64,000 nt of DNA from Polyangiales bacterium. GTDB lineage: Bacteria > Myxococcota_A > Polyangia > Polyangiales > Polyangiaceae. Within the stretch, counting starts at the first letter, position 1; every line of letters starts with the position of its first letter. The position numbers were made by a program, and so were the translations under genes. This document shows, in pieces, positions 17,968 to 27,979 of this stretch. The notes under the pieces were generated by a model. The model did not search any database. It was not told the origin of the DNA and worked only from the letters and a program-made list of their open reading frames with translations. Location of the stretch: contig JBBRNJ010000010.1 of the NCBI GenBank assembly GCA_038230375.1, positions 77,471 through 141,470 of the forward strand, written 5' to 3'.

Positions 17968-18452
17968 CCATGCAAACCCAGATCCCCGAAGCCGAACCCA
18001 CCATCGTGATGACCCGCGTCTATGCTGCGCCGCGCGCGCTAGTGTGGGAGGCGATGACAAGACCCGAACACATCAAGGAGTGGTGGGGCGGACCTGGCTT
18101 CACGAATCCCGTATGCGAGATGGACGTGCGCGTTGGCGGGCAGTGGAAGCACGTGATGCGGTTCCCGGATGGCCACGAGCTCCGCATGGACTTCGTGTTC
18201 ATGGAGGTTGCGAAGCCAAGCCGCCTCGTCTGGCAACATCAGGACCACGGCAAGCGAACGTCCGGGCCGCCGTCCTGCGTGCACACCGTCACGCTGGAGG
18301 AGGTCCTTGGCGGCACGCAATGCAGGACGGAGGCGCGCTTTCTCTCGATGGCGGACCGCGCTGCTGCCCTGGAGATGGGCTTCACCAGACCGATCGCGGC
18401 AAGCAACGAGCGCCTCGTTGCGTATCTCGCGACGATCCCTGTCCCTTCGTGA
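17964..18452 (+). CDS. SRPBCC (AHA1/START-like) domain protein
   Basis: [17 protein letters not shown]...WWGGPGF...[13 protein letters not shown] coupling to arsR. Confidence 0.9.
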   Translation: MTMQTQIPEAEPTIVMTRVYAAPRALVWEAMTRPEHIKEWWGGPGFTNPVCEMDVRVGGQWKHVMRFPDGHELRMDFVFMEVAKPSRLVWQHQDHGKRTSGPPSCVHTVTLEEVLGGTQCRTEARFLSMADRAAALEMGFTRPIAASNERLVAYLATIPVPS

Positions 18453-18501
18453 GCGCGAAAGTCGTGGTTTTGGTCGTGACATCGCGCTAACCGCAGTGCG
18501 C

Positions 18502-19203
18502 ATGGGCGCACAGTGGAAGCAGAAGCACCGCGAGACCTCGGCCAACGCGAAGGGCCGCATCTTCACGAAGCTCACCAAGGAGATCATGGTGGCTGCGCGC
18601 AATGGCGCGGACCCGTCGATGAATCCGCGGCTGCGCATGGCGGTCGACGCGGCGAAGAAGGCGTCCATGACGAAGGAGACGCTGGAGCGCGCCATCAAGA
18701 AGGGCGCTGGACTTCTCGACGAGGTGCTGAACTTCGAGGTCGTCACGTATGAGGGCTTCGCACCGCACCAGGTCCCGGTGATCGTGGAGTGCCTGACCGA
18801 GAACCGGAATCGCACCTCGTCGTCGATGCGCATCCTCTTCCGCAAAGGGCAGCAGGGCGCTGCTGGCTCGGTGTCGTGGGACTTCAACCGCCTGGGCGCG
18901 GTGGAGGCATCTCCGCCCGCTGGTGCTGCGGTGGACGCAGAGGAGGCCGCGATCGAGTGTGGCGCCGACGACCTGGAGCCCGCAGAGGACGGAGCCACAC
19001 GCTTCTTCACGCAACCCACCGATCTGGATCTCGTGAGCAAGGCGCTCACCGAGCGCAAGTGGACCGTCACATCCGCCCAGCAGATCTGGAAGGCGAAGAA
19101 CCCCGTGACGCTGGGCGACACCGAGCGCGCCGACGTGGAGTCCTTCCTCACCGCGCTCGACGACGATGATGACGTGCAGAACCTGTACGTCGGCCTCCCC
19201 TGA
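18502..19203 (+). CDS. yebC: YebC/PmpR family protein
   Basis: [43 protein letters not shown]. Confidence 0.93.
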   Translation: MGAQWKQKHRETSANAKGRIFTKLTKEIMVAARNGADPSMNPRLRMAVDAAKKASMTKETLERAIKKGAGLLDEVLNFEVVTYEGFAPHQVPVIVECLTENRNRTSSSMRILFRKGQQGAAGSVSWDFNRLGAVEASPPAGAAVDAEEAAIECGADDLEPAEDGATRFFTQPTDLDLVSKALTERKWTVTSAQQIWKAKNPVTLGDTERADVESFLTALDDDDDVQNLYVGLP

Positions 19204-19233
19204 TCACGGAAGCCGCGCCGCCGAGCGTCTCCT

Positions 19234-19365
19234 CTACCTCGAGCCGGCTGCGAAAGGTGCGGGGAGAGCGAGAAGCCGGACCCGCGCCCGCCCAACGAAG
19301 CCACTGCCACCCGCGATCGCGACCACCGGCAACGGAGAAGGGGCGGCGTCTTTCGCCTCGGCCAT
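19234..19365 (-). pseudogene. Truncated 5' stub of an NAD(P)-binding Rossmann-fold gene
   Basis: ATG overlaps the tamB stop (TGATG). Reads MAEAKDAAPSPLPVVAIAGGSGFVGRARVRLL...* (43 aa) with the beta1-GxxGxxG motif, then stops. Confidence 0.55.
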
Positions 19366-22300
19366 CAGTAGCGGTACCGCCAGAGGATGTCGGCCATGGA
19401 GCTGCCGAGATTTCCGAACGTGGTCGCGAGCGACCAGTTGCGGAAGAAGCGCCAGTCGATCGTCGCGAACGTCGTGTCCGGGTTCGTGCCCTGCGGTGGC
19501 GTCCCCAGGACGAAGGCGATCTGAAGCGAGAGATCCCGCGCGATCCGGAGCTCCACTTCTGGACGCGGGTTCGCCTGGCTGGTGTCGATCTTCGTGGAGA
19601 TGTCCATGCCGGTGAGCTTGTCGATGCCCTTGTTCAGACCGCCCGTCGCAAAGCCACCCACCGCCGAGCCCACTGCCGTGGTCGTGTCAGTCTGCTGTTG
19701 CGCGTACGGTGTGGACTGCGCGCCGTCGGACGAACCGAAGAGGATGAGCGAGACGATCTCGTTCTGCGGTCGCGGCGGCTCGGAGCGGAGCACGACCTTG
19801 CCCGTCTTCAGTGGACCGACGTAGTCCGCGAACACCTCTGTGCCATCGTTCGCCTTCCAGCTTGCGGTGAGGTTGATCTCGGGGTTCTGTGGATCACCAA
19901 CGAACGTCGCAGTGCCCTTCTGGATCTCGAACGGCTTCCCCTGCACCTCGAGCTTGCCACTCCGCAGCGTGATCTCTCCGCGCATCGTGGTCTTGTCCGC
20001 GATTTCCATCGTGGTGTCACCACCGAGCAACGCGCGAAGATCCGTGCCGCGACTCACCTCCACGTTGCCCAGGTGGACCGCGATCTCCAGCGTTCTGTGG
20101 GTGTCCGTGGCGTTCTTCTTCCCGAGATCGTCGTGGGTCTTCCCCAGGAGCTTGAACTCGTGCGTTCCCGTGTAGACGCCCACGTGGAGGTTCTCTGGCT
20201 GCGGCTCCAGATCCTGCACGTTGCGCGGCGTGAGCTCTGGCAGCTCCAGGTGGAACTCCGGGATGTCGATCGTGACCTTCGTGTTCCCGGAGGCGCTCGT
20301 TGCCGCGGACATCGAGAGTCCGCCGTAGCCGGTGCCCAGCACGGAGCCGCCGAGCGATAGCGGCAGTGCGTCCTTCTTGGCGATCGCTAGCTTGAGCGTG
20401 GCGTCCTTGAGCGACACGCCGGCAAGATGAGCGCCGCCGCTGCCGGTGACCTTGCCGGTGGTGCCCAGCGCGACGAAGTCCGTGAGCGCGAGCGTGCCGT
20501 CCTCGGCGAGAGTGACCCTGGCGTTGATGCCGTGAAGCTCCTCGCCGGTCGCGGAGGGAACGACGCGCCCCTCATGAAGAAGGACGTTGCCGGACATGGT
20601 CGGCTCCTTCCCAAGCGCAATGTCGAGGTGGGCGTCTCCATCGATGAGCCCATCCAGTTCGTCGACGGTACTGGCGAGCAAGGGCTCGAGAAATGAGGCC
20701 TGCAGGTGCTTCGCCGCGATCGTGAGGGAGAGCGCGTCGAGCGGGGCGGGCTTCGGACGAAGCTCGCGTCCCCAGCCCATCGCCATCTTGCCCGTCAGCT
20801 CCGCGAAGCCCTCCTTCTCGTCGAAGCGGGCGTGTGCGTCGAGCATGTTGCCGTCGAACGCGGCCTCCACGGTCGCCTTGGTGAAGCGGGTTCGGCCAAT
20901 CGTGAGCCGATCGGAGTGGAGCTTGGCGGTGGCCCGCGCGTCGTCGTGGTAGCGCGTGAGCACGATCTCACCGCTCACGCGCCCGCGGATGTCGCGATCG
21001 GATACCTCTGCGATCGAGCCCAGCGGAAAGTGGACCAGCGTCGCGCGCGCGGAGCCGTTCCATGCGGGATCGACGTTGCCTGTGATGAATATGCCAAGGT
21101 CGGCGTTCGCGTGCGCGGTCAGATGCAGGTACGACTCGAGCGGGGAGCTGACATCCACAGCCATGTCAAATGTCTTGGCGGCGTAGCTCCCTTGTGCCGT
21201 GAGGTTCATCGGCTTTGCGTCGGGCATGGCCGTGAACGTCGCTGCGTGCGCGCTGGCGTCAAGGGCGATCACGGGAGCAAGGGCGGGGCCCTTCGCCGTC
21301 GCGTCCACCTCCACGAAGCCTCGCACCCAGTTCGGGCGCGCGATCAGCGGGAGCGTGGCGAGCTCGCGCGGAGGGACATGGAGGTGCGTTGTCATCGGCT
21401 GTCGCATGAGCGCGGACATGCCGTCCGGACCGACCAGCGCCGCGTACGGCAGGTCCTTGCTCTCGACCTCCACTCTCACGAGGGTCCCGAGCGCGTCCGT
21501 GGCGCGCGCTGCGAGCTTGCCGGCGCCGCCCTTCACCATCACGTGCGCCGCGACATCGACGCCGCTCATTTCCCACGCGGGCTTCCCGGCTACACGGAGC
21601 CGGCGCGTCTGGAGAGACACGGAGACCTCTGGTGCATCGTCCGTCGCGGAGGCCCGCGAGCTGTGCACGGCGAACTCCAGCCGTCCCGCCAGGTCCACGG
21701 GCGGAACCATGTTCGGTGGAAGCAGGGCCACCGCGCACGGGATGTCCACGCTTCCATCAAGCGACACCTCGCCCCACGACGATCGCCACGAGCTCTGCAA
21801 GAGCGGGCCTTTGCCGCCGACGTGGATGGTCGCCTCGTGTACTTTGACCTCGCCCAGGCCCGCGACAGTGGCGGTCGCGCGCCCGTTGATGTCACGACCG
21901 TGCAGCGTTGCCTCGCCCGAGACGGCGATGCCTGGTTGGCCATCCAACGTGAGGTCCGTGATGCTGAAACGCGCCGCACCGTCTCCGTGCGCGCCCGTGG
22001 TGCGTAGGTCCACGGCAAACGCGGCGCTGCCCTTCTTCAGACGGTCGTCGACACGAAACAGATAGGCAAGATCGTGGATGTTCAGACCGGCCGACAGGGC
22101 CTGCACCGTGACCACGCCACCCTGGCTCGTGAACGACCCTCGCAGCGGCTCACCCACGCCGGTGATCTCCGCATCGCGCACATCAACGAGGCCCCGGCCA
22201 ACGCGCATCTTCGCGACGTGCGCGTGCATCGCGGTGGTCCTTCGCCGGAGCGTCACATCCGCATCGGTGAGCGTGGTCACCGCGCCGACGCCGACGGTCG

Positions 22301-24005
22301 CGCTGCCTTCCAGGCTCGGAGTCTCCACGCCGTGCGCAGACACCGTCACGCCAAAGCTTGCGGGATAGCCGCTCGCGGTCGCATCGGCGTGGTTCCACGT
22401 GAAGCGCTCCGCGCGCACGTTCGTGGCGGCGATGGTCGCCTGGAACGCGGGCGCCGTGAACGTCCCTGCGGCATGTGCTGCCACCGTGGCGTGCTCCACG
22501 CGCAGCTGGTCCCGCCGAAAAGCGTTCACCGTGGCGCGCACGTTCGCATCGAAGCGCGGTGTGGCGGCGATGGTCAGGACGCCCTTCGTCACGACGTCTG
22601 CGTGGCCTGCGCCCACCCAGCCAATGCGCCTGACTCCGCCAAGGCTCGGGACGACCGTATGCGCGTCCACGTCGACCGTGCCGCCGCCCTTTCCCGGATG
22701 GAAAGAGAGTTTCACGTCCGTGGGCGCGCCAGGCTCCAGCACCTTGCCCGTGGCCGTCGCAGCGAAGCCAGGATCTCCCGCGCCGCTCGATATGGTTTGC
22801 GCGAACGTGCCGCGGAGGTCCGTCGCCGGGATCATGTTCGCGTCCACAGAGCCTTCCGGCGTCGTGAGCGTGTACGAGCCGTGCAGCGGTTGCCCGTGTT
22901 GTGCGTGGAGCTCCACGTCCGCGCGTGCTCCCAGTCGTGATGCGGGCGCCGTGGGCGCGAAGCCGCGCATGTCCACGTCGGTTGCTTCCACGTGCCCCGC
23001 CACGGTGATGTCTTTGCCGAGCGTGAGAAGCGCGCTTGCGTCCACGGTGCTCGCACCCAGGTTTGCGTGCGCCTTCAAGTGGAGCGCGTCGATGGGGCCG
23101 TTCGCCTCTGCGTGCAGCACGAGTGGGCCGTAGAGCGGTGCGGTCGGGAGCATCGCGCGCACCTTCGCCGTGTCGACCAGCGGAACGTCGGCGATGGCGC
23201 TCCAATCGTTGCCATCGAGCTCCAGCTTGGCGTGTGCGGGGACCTGACCCACCAGCCCTTCGAACGTGCCGCCGAGGCCGAGCATGTTGCCATGCGGGGA
23301 GGGGAGCACGACATGGCCGGCCACTGTCCCCACGGCATTCGCGTTCCCCGGCATCGCGCGCGTTCTCAGATCGATGTGCGTGACGTCCACGCGGACGGTG
23401 TCACCGACGTGTACGGAGCCTCGAACATCGTCTGCGTCGCCGTCGAGGATGGGCGCGCCCGTGATGTGCCCGTGGATCCACACGTGACGTACGTGGATGT
23501 CCGCCAGCTCCACCTTGAATGGCGGCGTCTTCCCGTCCGGCGGAGGCAGGGGCTTCAAGAAGGTGAACGCGCGCGCGATCTTCAGGCTGCCCTTCCCGTC
23601 CTCGTCCAGGACCACCTCCGCGTCGTCGACCTCGATGTCGAACGCGCCGATGACGCCTTTCCCCGCGAGGATCGTGCGGACCAACGCGAACGCATCGATG
23701 CGAGCGCGGAGCCCATGCGCGACGATCACCTTCGTGCCATCCGGCGCCGTCACGTACGCGTCTGCGCCACGCATGCCCTTCACACCCAGGTCGTCCACGT
23801 GCTCGAGCACGATCTTGCCTTCGAACAGCGCAGCGAGGCCATCGGAGAGCTCCTTCGCCGCGAGCCTTCGCGCGACCGGCATGTCGATGTGGAGCAGCAC
23901 GCCCACGCCCAGGAGCACCACGAACAGCACGCCGTAGCCCAGCGCGGCGCCGATCGAAAGGAGCAGCCGCGCGGCGGGAGCCCTGCGTGATCGAGCCGCG
24001 CCCAT
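19365..24005 (-). CDS. tamB: Translocation and assembly module TamB/AsmA-like protein
   Basis: About 1546 aa, N-terminal TM anchor, long beta-rich body, C-terminal DUF490-like region (LRSEPPRPQNEIVSLILFG ... WRYRY); starts 1 nt after the tamA stop. Confidence 0.85.
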   Translation of the reverse strand: MGAARSRRAPAARLLLSIGAALGYGVLFVVLLGVGVLLHIDMPVARRLAAKELSDGLAALFEGKIVLEHVDDLGVKGMRGADAYVTAPDGTKVIVAHGLRARIDAFALVRTILAGKGVIGAFDIEVDDAEVVLDEDGKGSLKIARAFTFLKPLPPPDGKTPPFKVELADIHVRHVWIHGHITGAPILDGDADDVRGSVHVGDTVRVDVTHIDLRTRAMPGNANAVGTVAGHVVLPSPHGNMLGLGGTFEGLVGQVPAHAKLELDGNDWSAIADVPLVDTAKVRAMLPTAPLYGPLVLHAEANGPIDALHLKAHANLGASTVDASALLTLGKDITVAGHVEATDVDMRGFAPTAPASRLGARADVELHAQHGQPLHGSYTLTTPEGSVDANMIPATDLRGTFAQTISSGAGDPGFAATATGKVLEPGAPTDVKLSFHPGKGGGTVDVDAHTVVPSLGGVRRIGWVGAGHADVVTKGVLTIAATPRFDANVRATVNAFRRDQLRVEHATVAAHAAGTFTAPAFQATIAATNVRAERFTWNHADATASGYPASFGVTVSAHGVETPSLEGSATVGVGAVTTLTDADVTLRRRTTAMHAHVAKMRVGRGLVDVRDAEITGVGEPLRGSFTSQGGVVTVQALSAGLNIHDLAYLFRVDDRLKKGSAAFAVDLRTTGAHGDGAARFSITDLTLDGQPGIAVSGEATLHGRDINGRATATVAGLGEVKVHEATIHVGGKGPLLQSSWRSSWGEVSLDGSVDIPCAVALLPPNMVPPVDLAGRLEFAVHSSRASATDDAPEVSVSLQTRRLRVAGKPAWEMSGVDVAAHVMVKGGAGKLAARATDALGTLVRVEVESKDLPYAALVGPDGMSALMRQPMTTHLHVPPRELATLPLIARPNWVRGFVEVDATAKGPALAPVIALDASAHAATFTAMPDAKPMNLTAQGSYAAKTFDMAVDVSSPLESYLHLTAHANADLGIFITGNVDPAWNGSARATLVHFPLGSIAEVSDRDIRGRVSGEIVLTRYHDDARATAKLHSDRLTIGRTRFTKATVEAAFDGNMLDAHARFDEKEGFAELTGKMAMGWGRELRPKPAPLDALSLTIAAKHLQASFLEPLLASTVDELDGLIDGDAHLDIALGKEPTMSGNVLLHEGRVVPSATGEELHGINARVTLAEDGTLALTDFVALGTTGKVTGSGGAHLAGVSLKDATLKLAIAKKDALPLSLGGSVLGTGYGGLSMSAATSASGNTKVTIDIPEFHLELPELTPRNVQDLEPQPENLHVGVYTGTHEFKLLGKTHDDLGKKNATDTHRTLEIAVHLGNVEVSRGTDLRALLGGDTTMEIADKTTMRGEITLRSGKLEVQGKPFEIQKGTATFVGDPQNPEINLTASWKANDGTEVFADYVGPLKTGKVVLRSEPPRPQNEIVSLILFGSSDGAQSTPYAQQQTDTTTAVGSAVGGFATGGLNKGIDKLTGMDISTKIDTSQANPRPEVELRIARDLSLQIAFVLGTPPQGTNPDTTFATIDWRFFRNWSLATTFGNLGSSMADILWRYRY

Positions 24006-24006
24006 G

Positions 24007-26220
24007 TCAGTACGCCTCACCGATTCCGATCGCGATCGCGATCGGGATGCCTGTGGTCGGATGTCCGCCGAAGAACGTTGGCTGGAGCCCGTTCGAGTTG
24101 TCCGCGTTGAAGGCGTCGACCTCGGTCTTGTAGCCCAGCACCTGTGCCGCCTGCACGCGGTAGCCGATGTCGAGGCGGATGGGGCCGACAGGCGTGTCGT
24201 AGCGCGCGCCGCTGCCGCATGAAAGGTGCAGGTGGTCCAGGCGAATGTCGGTCTGCTTGGGCGACACGTCGCTCATGTCGCAGAAGAGCGCGGCCGAGAA
24301 CGCGCCCTTGATCGGGAAGCGCAGCTCGTTCGACAGCTCCCACAGCGTGAACCCACCGATCGGCACGGAGCACACCTGGGGATCCGGCGGCATGAAGTTG
24401 TTCTCCGGTCCGGGCGGCTGGCAGCTGCGGTTCTGCTGAAACGCGCCCACGGGCGTGAGGAAGGGAACAATGCCGTGCGGCGACACGCCACGCAGCGGGA
24501 AGCCGCGGTTGGACGCCGGACCGCCGGAGAAGAAGCCGCGGAAGAGCACGGTCTGGATGTCACGCACGCGCTCGTCGTGGTCTCTCGCCAGGTCCGCCGG
24601 CGAACAACCCTTGCAGGTGTCCGAGAGCCGCTGCTGCACGACGCTGCCGTAGTTCGAGGAGATGAGGAAGCCGACCGACGCGCGCGTGGCGAACGTGATC
24701 CGCTTCGTCACCGGCAGGTACGTGCGCAGCTCTGGCTGCACCTTGTAGTCGCTCGCGTCGCCGCCGAAGATGCCGCCGGCGACCTGCAGATCGGTGCCGA
24801 CCGTGAGTCCAGCGTGCGGGCGCTTGTGATCATCCACGAGCTCGAGCCGCGCGAGGATGTCCGGGTAGGAGAGGAAGAGCGGGCGTAGCGCCGGGTCCAG
24901 GGCGTTCTTGTAGCTGAACGGGTTCTCGTACTGCAGGTTGTGGCTCACGTTCACGTAGAGCCGCCGGAAGAACTGGCGGTCCACGCCGACGGAGCCTCTC
25001 ACCTCGCCGTAGCCGATGATGCTGTCGGTGTCCTTCGGGTTGTCCTGCACGAGCAGCAGCGGGAAGACGTTCGCCTCGGCGCGGATGAAGCCTGTCGTGC
25101 GTGCCTCGAGGAAAGCCGGTTGTTTCAGCTGCACACGGAATTTCTCCTCGGGCAAAAATTCCGTCGGTGCGACCACGTTGTTGACGCGCGTGGGGTAGAG
25201 GACAACGCCCGGCACCAGGTCCACCGTGAACGTGCGCAGTCCGCCCAGGAAGTTGTGGTGCTCCCATCCGCCCACGAGATGGACACCGGTCTTCAGCCCG
25301 TCGAACTCGATGCCGCCGCCCAGCTTCAGCTGGCGCAGCTTCACCGGCTCCACGCGGACGGTGAGCGGCACGACGTGCGTCTCCGGATGCGAGAGATCGG
25401 GCACGATCGTCACGGCGGCGAACACGCCCAGATCGAGCAATCCCGACTTGGCCGCTTCGATGCGCGACGTCGAGTAGGGCGTGCCCTCCGTGAGCCCCAT
25501 CACGCGGCGCAGCGGCTCCTCGGGCAGCTCTTGTTTCCGCACGCCCTGGGCACCATCGGGGTCCAGGCCGACGATCTGCACCGGGCCCATCACCGCGGGC
25601 TCGGCCGGAACGATCTCGAGCGACACCGTGGCGCGTCTGTTCACGATGTCGACGAACGCATTCTCTTTCACGGTCGCGAACGCATAACCGCTGTCGGTGA
25701 GCGCCGTCTTCACGGCCGCCACGCATTGTGCGAACTTGTCCTCGTCGAAAGGCTGGCCCAGCGGCATGGCCGTCGTCGCGGCCAACTGAGCCCGGGCCTG
25801 CACGGCAGGGGGTAGCGCGTCGATGCCCGTGAGCAGCAGCTCGGTTGTCAGCGTGGGCTCGCCCTCCTCCACGATGATCTCGACCCTGATGTGCTGACTC
25901 CCAGTGGAGATCACCCGGCCCGCGCGCGCGACCGCGGAGTAGTAGCCGCGCGCATGGTAGTAGCGCTCGATTCGCGCGAGGTCCCGCTGCAGCGTGGCAT
26001 GGGTGAACAGCCCATAGTCGTAGGGCCCCTGGAAGACCCAGAGGAATTTCTGGCCGGTGGCTGTGGCGATCCTGTCCTCCACATCCGCCTCGGGCAGCTT
26101 CTTTGTCCCAATGATCGTGACGTCGTCCGTGACCATGCGGCCAACCGGGATCGTGGAGCAGCCGAATACCGCTGAACAAAGGACGATCGCGGAACAGAGG
26201 CGAGCAAGCTCCCGAAGCAC
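24007..26220 (-). CDS. tamA: BamA/TamA (Omp85) family outer-membrane protein with POTRA domains
   Basis: Lipobox-like signal, POTRA signatures (RIERYYHARGY, LTDSGYAFA, LLDLGVF), FFSGGPASNRGF, RYDTPVGPIRLDIGY, terminal GEAY. Confidence 0.88.
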   Translation of the reverse strand: MLRELARLCSAIVLCSAVFGCSTIPVGRMVTDDVTIIGTKKLPEADVEDRIATATGQKFLWVFQGPYDYGLFTHATLQRDLARIERYYHARGYYSAVARAGRVISTGSQHIRVEIIVEEGEPTLTTELLLTGIDALPPAVQARAQLAATTAMPLGQPFDEDKFAQCVAAVKTALTDSGYAFATVKENAFVDIVNRRATVSLEIVPAEPAVMGPVQIVGLDPDGAQGVRKQELPEEPLRRVMGLTEGTPYSTSRIEAAKSGLLDLGVFAAVTIVPDLSHPETHVVPLTVRVEPVKLRQLKLGGGIEFDGLKTGVHLVGGWEHHNFLGGLRTFTVDLVPGVVLYPTRVNNVVAPTEFLPEEKFRVQLKQPAFLEARTTGFIRAEANVFPLLLVQDNPKDTDSIIGYGEVRGSVGVDRQFFRRLYVNVSHNLQYENPFSYKNALDPALRPLFLSYPDILARLELVDDHKRPHAGLTVGTDLQVAGGIFGGDASDYKVQPELRTYLPVTKRITFATRASVGFLISSNYGSVVQQRLSDTCKGCSPADLARDHDERVRDIQTVLFRGFFSGGPASNRGFPLRGVSPHGIVPFLTPVGAFQQNRSCQPPGPENNFMPPDPQVCSVPIGGFTLWELSNELRFPIKGAFSAALFCDMSDVSPKQTDIRLDHLHLSCGSGARYDTPVGPIRLDIGYRVQAAQVLGYKTEVDAFNADNSNGLQPTFFGGHPTTGIPIAIAIGIGEAY

Positions 26221-26265
26221 GCCGTACTATAGGCACCGATCGTGCCTGTCCACACCACAACCGCC

Positions 26266-26832
26266 ATGATGCGAACATTGCGGTCGGTTGCAGCGATACC
26301 AGTCTCGTTCTCGTTCGCTCTCGGCCTGCTTCTTGCGGCTGGGCTATGGGCCTGCGTGTCGGATCTGCCCACCCCTCATTACGTGGCGCAGCCTGCATCA
26401 GCGCTCGTGCGCGTTCACACGCCGCCGCCACCGGCACGCGTCGAGACAGTCCCCGGGAAGCCAGCATCGGGCGCAGTGTGGCTCGATGGCGAGTGGGCGT
26501 GGCAAGGACGCAAGTGGGCGTGGCGTCGCGGCCAATGGGTCATGCCGCCGCCGGGCGCGAAGTACTCACCGTGGACCCAGACGCGCGATCTGAACGGCGA
26601 CGTCTGGTTCGCGCCCGGAGCGTGGCGCAACGCACGAGGCGAGGAGGTGACACCGCCCGAACCCCTGGCCATTGCCACTGCGGGCCGGAGCGAAGTGACC
26701 GACGCCAACGGCGAGAAGGAAGACACCGGCCGCAACGTGCGCGCCAGGAAGCGCGATGGTGGAGCTCCACGACAAGACGCCCCACCACCACCCGCGGACC
26801 TCGACGATCGCGATGCTGGAGCGACGCCATGA
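26266..26832 (+). CDS. YXWGXW-repeat lipoprotein
   Basis: GLWAC lipobox; PPPARVE...VWLDGEWAWQGRKWAWRRGQW...WFAPGAW. Confidence 0.75.
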   Translation: MMRTLRSVAAIPVSFSFALGLLLAAGLWACVSDLPTPHYVAQPASALVRVHTPPPPARVETVPGKPASGAVWLDGEWAWQGRKWAWRRGQWVMPPPGAKYSPWTQTRDLNGDVWFAPGAWRNARGEEVTPPEPLAIATAGRSEVTDANGEKEDTGRNVRARKRDGGAPRQDAPPPPADLDDRDAGATP

Positions 26833-27062
26833 GCCCGCTCCTTTTTTTCGTGCTGATGATCACGAGCTTCGCAACTCTGCTCACAGCGCACATCGCGATC
26901 GTGATCGGCCTCGCGAGGAAGGCCCCGCGGTGGCGCGCGCTCGTGGCGGTCGTACTTCCGCCAGTCGGTGCCGTATGGGCCATCCGCGACAAGCAGCGGC
27001 TGCGCGGCGTCGCGTGGTTCGTCGCTGCGGTGGTCTACGTGGTCGTGCGGCTCCTGGGCTGA
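26829..27062 (+). CDS. Small membrane protein (3 TM), hypothetical
   Basis: ATGA overlap; MSPLLFFVLMITSFATLLTAHIAIVIGL..., hydrophobic throughout. Confidence 0.75.
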   Translation: MSPLLFFVLMITSFATLLTAHIAIVIGLARKAPRWRALVAVVLPPVGAVWAIRDKQRLRGVAWFVAAVVYVVVRLLG

Positions 27063-27068
27063 GCGCGG

Positions 27069-27869
27069 CTACTTCCCCGCGGCGATCGCCTTTGCGTAGA
27101 AGTCGCGGTAGCCGTACGCGGACTCGTATCCATCCAGGTACTGCGTTCCGCGCACGCAATCGGTGAAGCCCTGCGTGACGCTTCCCACGAAGAATCCAAC
27201 GAGCACCGGAGCGTCGTTCGTGCCCGCGAAGACGGGGCTGCCCTCGTCGCCGTCTGCGACACAAAGAGCGCTGTGCGCCTCAGGGTGAACCTCGAAGATT
27301 GGATCGCCCGCAAGGTCGACCGACACGATCACGCGCGCCGGCGTGCCCATGCGCGCTGCGGAGCTCGTGCCGTGATAGCCGATCGCGTGGACCGCATCGC
27401 CCATGCTCGGTCCGTCCGCCGGGAGCGCCGCGGGGCGCACGCCCGGCACCGCGTGGTCGAGCACGAGGTACGCGACGTCGAACATGCGAAGCGCGTGCTG
27501 GAGGTCGATGCTCCCTTGCGCCTCGGCGTGGAACTGGGGATGAACGTGGACCTCCGTGACGCGCGCCGCCGCACGACCCACGTCACCCACGCCGAACGAC
27601 CAACCCGTTGCCCCTGGATGGCGAAGGACGCAGTGTGCTGCCGTGACGACCACGCGTGGTGCGATCAGCGTTGCGTTGCACGCGACAGTGCTCGCTGCAG
27701 ATGACGCGGAGCCTGCGCCCGAGAACGTGAGATATCCACCCGCCGCGAAGGTCTGATCACGCTGACCTCCGACGAGGTTCGCATCGTCGTTCGCCGTCTC
27801 GGCGGTCGCCTCGGCGGCACATCCAGCGCCAAGAAGGACCACTGCGAGAAGCGAGAGTGAACGGGCCAT
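27069..27869 (-). CDS. Trypsin-like (S1) serine protease homologue, lipoprotein, catalytic Ser replaced
   Basis: LVGG, CNATLIAPRVVVTAAHC, FDVAYLVL; the nucleophile motif reads GDEGSP instead of GDSGGP. Confidence 0.85.
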   Translation of the reverse strand: MARSLSLLAVVLLGAGCAAEATAETANDDANLVGGQRDQTFAAGGYLTFSGAGSASSAASTVACNATLIAPRVVVTAAHCVLRHPGATGWSFGVGDVGRAAARVTEVHVHPQFHAEAQGSIDLQHALRMFDVAYLVLDHAVPGVRPAALPADGPSMGDAVHAIGYHGTSSAARMGTPARVIVSVDLAGDPIFEVHPEAHSALCVADGDEGSPVFAGTNDAPVLVGFFVGSVTQGFTDCVRGTQYLDGYESAYGYRDFYAKAIAAGK

Positions 27870-27979
27870 GGGGCGGAGCATGATCGTTCAATACGCACAA
27901 TGTAGGCCAAACGCCCACCTGCGTTTTTCGTGCGAAATAGTCGCATTTCGGCCCGTCTGCCTCCGGTATCGTCGCCGGG

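Noticed and set aside
24020..24050. Palindromic CCGATCGCGATCGCGATCGG run
   Set aside because: Explained by the TamA C-terminal codons (PIAIAIG); not an independent element.
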